A DNA stretch of 56,517 bases, the filler included, from Squatina squatina (lineage: Eukaryota), in the NCBI GenBank assembly GCA_031763465.1. It is 3 parts of 3 records of this genome, joined end to end, with 100 filler letters (N's around TTAATTAATTAA, not from the genome) between each part and the next. Parts side by side here need not be neighbours in the genome. Positions count along the whole stretch, not along the records: positions 36,257 to 56,517 come from JARFOE010000168.1; 2 more parts are not named here. One strand, 5' to 3'. Shown here in pieces: positions 47,913 to 56,517 of the stretch. Position numbers and translations under genes: made by a program. Below the pieces are notes generated by a model, which had not been told where the DNA came from, ran no database searches, and saw only the letters and a list, made by a program, of their open reading frames with translations. Each line of letters begins with the position of its first letter. The first letter of the stretch is position 1.

Positions 47913-50900
47913 GGCATAGAAATTCAGGTGTTTGATGCCACCCGTTACCACCATGATTGGGTGAAAAAAATGGCGGCCACCGCACTTCTGCCAGCTGGTG
48001 GTAGGTCCCACAGCGGTCGCCAGTTTTGGATGGCTGGCAGCGCTGCTGACAGAAGCGATCGTTAAGTGATTGAAATTAAGCAGATCGTGGGGTCAATGAG
48101 TGCACCACTCAATGAATGCACCAATCAATTAATGCCCGACCTGCGCTATTGGATTTCACCGCTGCTCTTACCGGCATGGCTTGATAACGACAGGCAGAGC
48201 AAGTATTCAGAAGCAGCAAGGAGGCTCCAGCAGCGGAATTTAAAGGGATCCTCAGCAATCACTTGTACCTGATATGTTTATTCAGTTTGACTGGCTCTGT
48301 GCTAGTTTCTGCATCTCCACCAGCTTTATTAACTTCTTTCAAGGCTCCTAGCTAACCAGGAGTGTTGTTGGAAGTGCGGAATATCTTAAATATTTGATAA
48401 GGGCTCCTGCTCACGACACTTGCTCACAGTCACGGGGCTGTACTGGCAGTCGACCTGGCGCTCCAAGATCTTTGGCAGAGGCCTTGGTGAGACCGCACCT
48501 GGAGTATTATGTAGTTTTGGGGTGGCCAATTCAACTTCCCTTAGTTACTGGCGCTCACAGACGAATTGTTGAGTGCAAAGTTCCGGTTTCGGCGCTATCG
48601 CTTTAAGGCCTGCAAGTTGGGACATAGAAAAAAAAATTCTGACACCTTAAAAAAATGTACTAATTTCAGCGCTAAAGGGCCCCTACTTAGCGCTGATAAT
48701 CTTAGTTTATTTCACCAGTTCAACTGCAGTATAAGCCTACCTGTNNNNNNNNNNNNNNNNNNNNNNNNNNNNNNNNNNNNNNNNNNNNNNNNNNNNNNNN
48801 NNNNNNNNNNNNNNNNNNNNNNNNNNNNNNNNNNNNNNNNNNNNATAGAACATAGAAAATACAGCACATAACAGGCCCTTCGGCCCACGATGTTGTGCCG
48901 AACCTTTGTCCCAGATCAGATGCTATGCTTGTTGCAATCTTCATATATTTGTGGGCCATGCTCAGCTATAACCTTTCACTTGTGCCTCGTTATCTCAGAA
49001 GCATATGAGCACTGCAGAATCTGTCATCAAATGGTTATTTTCTCAATTCTCTTTCACCAAAGGTTGCATCACCCACAGCCAAAGCTATGAGTGTTTTGGG
49101 ATTTCCAACAGCTCAATCACACCTTAGCCATCTGCCAAGTGTTGGAAGATTATTATAGCCACTGCTTTACGATTGGCTGTTGCCAATGATGAAAATCATG
49201 TTCTCCGGATCCACACATTCCCCAGGCTCACATTTCCACCATTCCATTAATGAATTGCTAATTGCGCTGAAAATTACACGGAGTTCTCACGTTTTTCATT
49301 GTGAGCACCGTCTGGCCCCCAGCGAGTTAAAAAATGAATCAGCAAATTGATGTTTGCAGTTTATGTAAGCTGGGAGTCACAGGGCCAGTAACAAGTCATT
49401 CCAGTGAAGGGAGAATAGTGGGGCTGGGAGGCTTAATGATGCTTGACTGAAACCTATATACTGAGGGGCAATCAAGCGGGAATGTTAAATGACACGAAGA
49501 CTAGCAGAGAGAGAACAAAGGATAAATTAAAAATTATGCTGTGGAAGAATAGTAAAAGACAACGTATGAATTCAGCCCGGGGTCCTTACCCAGCAGATCA
49601 TTAGAAACCGAGGAATTGGAGGAGGGATGAACCTGTGCTCATTGGGTTGATAGGTCTCACTAATGGGAACCAATAACCTCATCTCTTTTGGGTCCTCTCC
49701 GATCAGCTCTAATATACAGCAGGTGCAGTTTAAATCTCCCTGCACTCTGTCCCAAAACTGTACATCCTCACTGCACCAGTGTCACATTTCTTTATTTCCA
49801 TTTTTCAGGATTGGGGCCGTACTGGCTATTAATGGCTGGGCCGGTGGCAGTGGTCCGTCTCCTTCAACCACTACAGTCCTGGGAGCAATTGTTTATAATT
49901 GAGTGGCTTGCCGAGGCCATTTCAGAGGGCATTTAGATTCACCGACAGAATGTGAGACTGAAGTCCATTGTAGCCCAGACCAGGTGGGACATAAGGATTA
50001 GGAGCAGGTGTCAGCCATTTGGCTCTTCAAGCCCGCTCCGTCATTCAATAANNNNNNNNNNNNNNNNNNNNNNNNNNNNNNNNNNNNNNNNNNNNNNNNN
50101 NNNNNNNNNNNNNNNNNNNNNNNNNNNNNNNNNNNNNNNNNNNNNNNNNNNTCCCTTGATTAATTACTGGCGCAGGGCCCAGTGGAAATTATCCACCTGC
50201 CTCTCAAACACACCTCTATTCAAACACACATAAAAGAAGGACTCACTTATTCCATTTTGATCTTGCGAGCCATTTAATGTTTGCAGAATTCTGCACATTA
50301 TCAGAACCGCAACAAAACACCCGTCCACAAATCACTCGTGACTAACCAGACCCATTAATGATATTGCAGCAGCTTCTATCAGGCCTCCTGATATCTCTGG
50401 GAGCCTCCGAAAGCACCATCAGTAGCACGGCAATCATAAGTTAAGAAAGTGATGAAATGCCAAGCAGTCTGTGTAATATTATCAGCTGCACAGTAATTTC
50501 TGAAATAGAAATGTGCTCGTTTATTTTGCTTAACCCTGTCACGCTGAAATTAAATGTAGCCTAATACGCTGTCAAATTTAATTTATTCACTACCTCTCAA
50601 TGAGCGTGGCATGTGCAGCACGAGTTCTAGATGCAATCCAGCTCTTCCACACTTTATTACACACAGCGTGTATGCTCCAAACCACTCCTGGATTCAGCAC
50701 TCCATCCCAAATGGAATGGCAGTCTGGAACTAGGGCCTGCAGAGCACAAGTGCTCGGATTCCCATTCCCACTCCGTCCTCAACCCAACCAGGACAATTGA
50801 ACAGGAAATACTGGAATAAAATATTATTGAAGTGGCTGCATTAAAAAGCCACTGACTTTACATATATAAAAATTTAAGGTGGTCTTAACATATTTTCGGG

Positions 50901-51286
50901 TTTCCCACGCACTATCGTTCTCCCCCCGCCCCCCCACAATGTATGTGCACAGTTAAATCTAACACAATGTGTCCATCATGCTTGATTCACACAAATAAGA
51001 CTATTTGTTGCGTTAATGCTGATTTGTTCAAATACAGATAGTAAGAAAAATGGTCGATTATGGAATAGTAGGCAGATATCTACCAATCAAAAATCACACA
51101 AACTAATGAACTCACTCATGACTTTTTTCAAGTACTTATCAAGAACAAGCCACAACAGCAAAATACATGCATCAAATCACTGAATTNNNNNNNNNNNNNN
51201 NNNNNNNNNNNNNNNNNNNNNNNNNNNNNNNNNNNNNNNNNNNNNNNNNNNNNNNNNNNNNNNNNNNNNNNNNNNNNNNNNNNNNN

Positions 51287-51731
51287 GACCTTTTCCAGGA
51301 ATCAAACTTAAGGGCTGGCTCGGAGACAAGGGATACTGCCTTCAAACGTATCTCTTGACACCCTTGAGAAACTTGTCCAATGAGGCACAGGAGCACTACA
51401 ACGAGGGCCACATGACCACCAGGTGTGCAATTGAGCAAGCCTCTGGAATGTAGAAAATGCGCTGGAGTGCCTAGATAGGTCTGGAGACACCCTTCAGTAC
51501 TCGGCAGTGAGGGTGTCCAGAATGATCGTGGTGTGTTGCATCCTGCACAACATTGAACAACAGAGAGGAGTGCAGGTGGAGGACGAAAAGGCTCATCACT
51601 CATCTTTGGATGTGGGGCACATAGAGGAGAAGGAAGGGGAGGATGAAGATTGGGCACCCATTGTCAGACCAGCCACTTACATTGCTGCCGGGGATGCCAG
51701 GGATGTCCTAATATTGCCACGGTTCACTTAG
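51287..51731 (+). pseudogene. Harbinger (HARBI1-like, DDE_Tnp_4) transposase C-terminal remnant
   Basis: [50 protein letters not shown], then frameshift, then CLDRSGDTLQYSAVRVSRMIVVCCILHNI. GDxGY, IE and CxLHN motifs present; stop at 51451. Confidence 0.88.
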
Positions 51732-51743
51732 TGTAAAGTATAA

Positions 51744-51964
51744 TGACAGGGGTTTCCGTGAGTCTGCTCTGGTTTTTATCAGCACACTTCACTTGAAATC
51801 AGCCAAACCAGCACAAAAGATTGCAGAATTTTAAGTGCAAGTTACATTCGACACAGACCGAGTTTCCACATTCTTTTGCGTTAAACACTTCTTAAAACCA
51901 GCGCAATTTTGGGCGTAATTTACGCACGGATAACCGATTTCACTCAAAGCGGAAACTCCAGGCC
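51744..51964. mobile_element. 221-bp MITE nested between the two Harbinger genes
   Basis: Imperfect TIRs TGACAGGGGTTTCCGTGAGT and ACTCAAAGCGGAAACTCCAGGCC; flanks TAA / GAA (near-TAA TSD). Confidence 0.55.
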
Positions 51965-53681
51965 GAAATTAAATCCTGTGGCCCACTCCCACCACCAAGA
52001 CCACCCACCACACCCTTTCCTTTTCACTAAAAAGTCTTTCAAACACTCATTCACCCATTGCACATTTGCCCAATGGGTCCTGTCATGTATTAACATTCAT
52101 CATGAAACAAGCGAAAGGGCAAGTTGGCACTCGGGACACAATAATGGGCAAGATATGGAAATGGTGTAAATTGATAAATTTATAATGTGGCATTATAAAG
52201 AAAGGAAAATTAACAACATAACATTTTGTCAAACAGCCATGTGCATATCCTTGGTGAATTACAATTTCTTGAACTTATGCTTTCTGCAGCTTCTACGTGG
52301 TGCATTTTGTGTAGCTTCAGCAGAGTAGAGTCAGGCTACTCAGATCCCTGCCCTGATTGCTGAGATGCTTTTGGCTTCCATCCTCTGGGTTTTTGAGCTC
52401 CTGTGGGCACTGTCAAAGCCTGCTCCACCTGCACCTCTCCAGGGACAGACTCCGACCTTATGGGGAGTCCCCATCTCCATGTCCCCTTTCGCCATCATTC
52501 CTCTCCTGTGCCAGCACCACATCAATCCTACCTGCAGACCAGCTTGGTGAAGATCAGTGGCGCGTTGGAAGACCACAGCTATGGTATGTCATCCTGTTCA
52601 ACGCGGCAACCATCTCCTGTATGTCATGGCCTGCATGCACTCATTTGAGAGCTGTGCTTGAAGCTCCATAGAGACAGCCACTCTCCCCATGGCAGACATT
52701 CTCGCAATTCCCTGCGTCATCATTGCACTCGCGATCGAGTTGAACTCAATCCTCTCCGCTATTGTGGAGAGTGTGCGTGGCACATCTTTCAGTACCTGGC
52801 TAAGTTGTTGATGCACCTCCAGTATTCTCCTTCTCAACAATAGCCCCCAGGGTTCAGCATCTGTGCCCAGCTAAACAGAGCTTGGAGAGGGTTGCGCCTC
52901 TCGATGCAAACTCTCCACAGCTGTCCCTGCCATCAGTGTCTGCTCGTGCTGACTCGTGAATTGTAAATCACCAGGTAAAAACCCAGCTAACTGTCTAAGT
53001 GGACCCATCAAAGTGAGAGTATCTGCACAGGTGCATGGCTGTGCATCCCATAATGGTGCACCCTCAGACAAATGAGATCCTCTGAGGAATCATCCTCATG
53101 ATGTCCTGCGATACTTGCTATACATGTGAAGGCCCTGGAAGACAAAAGAAAGGGGTGTGATTTCATCGTGGCAAAGTCACAATCTTGTCAATCACTATAC
53201 TCAGTCTTCTCATAGTTCAGTCATTGATGAAATAAAGTCAGCATATGTGTGCTGGAGATATTTGTAATTCTGTCACCAGCTATCTACAAGCTCCCTGTCT
53301 CTTCGTCTCAGACTGAAAGGGACACAGGTGTGCCAAATCTCCAGCTCCTACTCCCCTGCATCTGTTAGCTAGACTATTTCTGGCAGCCCACCTCCAGCCC
53401 TCTCCCTCTTCCTTGTATTTTTCTCTCTCTTCTCCTACAATGGGTGTAAAACAGACCTGTGAGTGAGTGAAGGTGAGGGTGATTATGAGACAGATGCATC
53501 ACATTGCATAAGAACTGGGGTGAGTGGGAACAGTGGATTGATAAATGGGGAGGTGATGAATTGCATATAAAGTGAAGATGTTGTTCAAAGGAGTGGTGTG
53601 ATGGAAAATGCTTAGCAAGGTAGAGTGAAAAGGGATGGGGGCTTAAATCACTGCTGTAGTTAAATCAGCAAATTAACACAC

Positions 53682-53930
53682 TTTTCCTGGCCTGGTTAGG
53701 TCATTAAACCGCTGCCTGCATTGCATTCAAGATCTGGGCACAACGCTCCTGCTGCTGGCCTCCTCAGCTACCTCCAACCACGCCTGCTTGTTGGGAGCCG
53801 CAAGTTTCTTCCTCCTGTTGCTGGGGAAAAGTAAGTCCCTCCTGCTCCTGACTGCACCCAACAGCAATTTCAGCAAGGCACCATTAAATCTAGGTGCTGC
53901 CCCTGCTCCATGAACACCTCCAAGTTCCAT
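53682..53930 (-). pseudogene. Harbinger Myb/SANT-like DNA-binding protein, first exon remnant
   Basis: AAPRFNGALLKLLLGAVRSRRDLLFPSNRRKKLAAPNKQAWLEVAEEASSRSVVPRS*MQCRQRFNDLTRPGK then GT donor; trihelix/Myb_DNA-bind_5 pattern with a TGA at 53727 where Trp is expected. Further degraded exons at about 53275-53435 and 52340-53135. Confidence 0.82.
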
Positions 53931-55235
53931 TTGTACAATGCCATATATATAGAACTAAGATCGCGTCATGCGTCACGCCTGCGCTGCAGCTTGGTGACAC
54001 AAAACCCGAAAGTCAAAATGAATTGCTTCAATTCAGTTGTGACCGAAAATCCTGTCTCGCTGAGTTGACTTCTGGGTTTTGCCCAGGCAATTTCACCCCC
54101 ACCACTTTCGCTCGGAAGCCGCCTTCAGATTAATATCGGGGCCACAATTTCTATGGAATTGCTTTTATTGTCACCCTTTTTTTTGGTTATTTCTACTCTA
54201 TCCATTTGACTGCTGGAGTATTGAAATCCCCATGATATTCACATTATAATTCCCTCTAGCCTCCTTTTTTTGCCGAACCAAATTGTTAATCTATTCACTT
54301 TGAGCTGGTAGTCAATAGTTGTTGCCAATTNNNNNNNNNNNNNNNNNNNNNNNNNNNNNNNNNNNNNNNNNNNNNNNNNNNNNNNNNNNNNNNNNNNNNN
54401 NNNNNNNNNNNNNNNNNNNNNNNNNNNNNNTTCCTCCCTCAGTCTTTCCTTCTTCCTATCTGAAAGATTTTAACCCAAGCTTGACATCACTTTACTTCTT
54501 GATTTACCAAGTCATCTCTTTTGAACCATGGCTCTTATCCAGATTTTTCAATTTAAAATAATCCTTTTCATAACAGTACAAAGGAGACAAGCACTGGTAA
54601 TACACAGTGTACATATTGCATTTTATTTTGCAAGGATGAGAACCATGACTTTCCAATGCAAAATTGCTGCTTGAAATGCTGGGTTGTCAAAACAAATACA
54701 GTAATTTATCTGTATTTTAAAGCTCCTTATTCGCAAGTATCATTTAATATGCAATTAGTATAATATGTAAAACAAATTAAGTATTGAAAAACAAAAAAAA
54801 TACATCTACTTATCAAGGTACTGCTGGAGATCTTGCAACAAGGCGGTGAGCATGTCAAAATATTTCTGGAGCATTAAGCATAGCCTGTGCTTACTGTTTG
54901 TGAAGGAATATTTCAGAATTACTTTCGATTCAATCATTTATTTTTGTTAAGTGCTCCTAGAGTCTGCGAGGCGCTTGCTCTTGTGAATAAAATATTGCCC
55001 CCTTACGAGAATTGAGAGGTGTTTCGCTGCCAAGGACATGATAATTCATGCAAGTCAAGAAAATAAATTAATAATTACAAAAAAATAAGCTAATGCATCT
55101 GCTGCGTTCCAGAACAACAGCTGCGAGCAGAGAAGCTCTAACTGAGCTGTAGTGCAGGACAGGTCTTCAAACCTTGTTCAAATGTCCACCTGAATTTAGC
55201 AGGTAGGGAACCCCCTGTCGTCTCATCCAGAGGTA

Positions 55236-55307
55236 AACATAGAAACATAGAAAATAGGTGCAGGAGTAGGCCATTAGGCCCTTCGAGCCTGCACCGCCAT
55301 TCAATAT
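55236..55307 (-). mobile_element. CR1 LINE 3' terminus (similar termini at 48845-48905 and 49988-50051)
   Basis: (AAACATAG)2 tail plus AGGAGTAGGCCATTAGGCCCTTCGAGCCTGC, abutting an N gap. Confidence 0.7.
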
Positions 55308-56517
55308 NNNNNNNNNNNNNNNNNNNNNNNNNNNNNNNNNNNNNNNNNNNNNNNNNNNNNNNNNNNNNNNNNNNNNNNNNNNNNNNNNNNNNNNNNNNNN
55401 NNNNNNNATGTTCCCTTCATTCTGCCATCTGATTTATCGATGCATTTTTCATCTCTGGCAAGGCTGACTTGTGAACATTTCCAGTCTGACACTGGTCAAA
55501 AGCTATTCAGCGTTATATATCTCTTCACAGTAATGCGAGGTAAAGGTCTTGCAGTCCTTCATTTGGCGGCAGCATTTGTATTCAAAATACCGCCTCTGCG
55601 TAGGCAAACAAAATTGACACTCGAATAAATACACATAAATGAAGGGATGAGACGGCACTGAGTGAATCCAGATGATGCAGCCCTGAGTGCAATTGTGCTG
55701 AAATCCTTTTTTCCTTGTGCTAAACAGTTGTCTTTGATTCAAAATTCATTTCATCTTTTATTTAAGCTGAAGTAATTTAATTTTCAATTTTCTTTTGCAC
55801 GCCAGGAGTGTGGGTGTCTCCTGAATACAGATCCTGACTGCTTCATGTTCACTAAATACAGCGGAAAATTCACTCAAAGTGTAACCAAAAGTACACCAGG
55901 CTCCTGATCCAGAAGAAAAATAGGAATTTTCTGCAGAAAATCATTTTCTCACTTCTCCCGCTCCAATTTTCTCTCCCTTGCTTCCGAAACACACTTGAGG
56001 CCCACAGGGCAGACAGGGCATGTCAGTGCTGCTCACACATCAACAACACATTTGAACAATACAGACAAGGGTGGCAAAATCCTGTTCGCTAGTGCCCGTC
56101 TTTTGGGCGCTACGATTGCCCTCCAAAATGGCATTTGTGGCATGCGCTCGCAGACATCTGATGCAAAGTGCGCTAGACGGCATCTTGATGAATGTGTTAG
56201 TGCACAAGAGTTAACATCCTCCAGAATGCAGGGCAGGCAGTTCATGAAGTCAATCAGTGTGCAATGCCGATTTGACACCGGCACTGCCATTTTGGAGCTG
56301 CAGGCTCCAGCTGATGCCTTCTCTTAAGCTTGCAAAGCTGAACAAAGGTTAAGCAGCAAGAATGACCCTCCAACAGCATTATTTAAATGGATCATCAACT
56401 ACTTACAGGTTAGTTGCTGGTTGATTTCTTCTACTGTTGTTACAATTCTACAAGTTTTTGGTGCATTCTATAGATGTTTCAAGATTCAAAAGTCTACTTG
56501 CAGTAGTGTGGCAAGTA

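Larger units (their letters stand above)
51287..54143. mobile_element. Decayed PIF/Harbinger DNA transposon (left part lost in the N gap)
   Basis: Convergent transposase (+) and Myb/SANT gene (-) remnants; candidate terminus AATATCGGGGCC ending at 54143. Confidence 0.8.

Noticed and set aside
47913-48720. GC-rich segments (also 36455-36770 and 55925-56517) as promoters or genes
   Set aside because: They look like non-autonomous DNA transposon pieces (one interrupts an L2 frame), but I could not define both ends, so they are not called.

Overview
Vertebrate genomic DNA, most likely a cartilaginous fish (inferred from the repeat families). It comes from a fragmented assembly with many exactly 100-N gaps. 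Two artificial 44N-TTAATTAATTAA-44N linkers (22063-22162, 36157-36256) split the window into three probably unlinked pieces. Piece 1 (1-22062) holds the last seven coding exons and probable 3'UTR of a class IIa histone deacetylase, best matching HDAC5, on the minus strand. Piece 2 (22163-36156) holds seven exons of CACNA2D2 (calcium channel alpha2delta-2) on the plus strand; the central VWA/Cache exons are missing and there is a U12-type (minor spliceosome) 5' splice site at 32817. Piece 3 (36257-56517) has no recognisable host gene. It contains a decayed two-gene Harbinger transposon with a nested MITE, a candidate TATA/CCAAT promoter with short candidate exons, minisatellites and CNE-like blocks. 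CR1, L2, Penelope-like and SINE fragments occur throughout, and two Penelope-like termini carry degenerate minimal hammerhead ribozyme motifs. I found no well-supported, wholly new biological system. The best leads are the hammerhead motifs, the minor intron, a palindrome cluster at 27.9-28.2 kb and the unassigned promoter/exons. All family assignments are from recalled motifs, not database searches.
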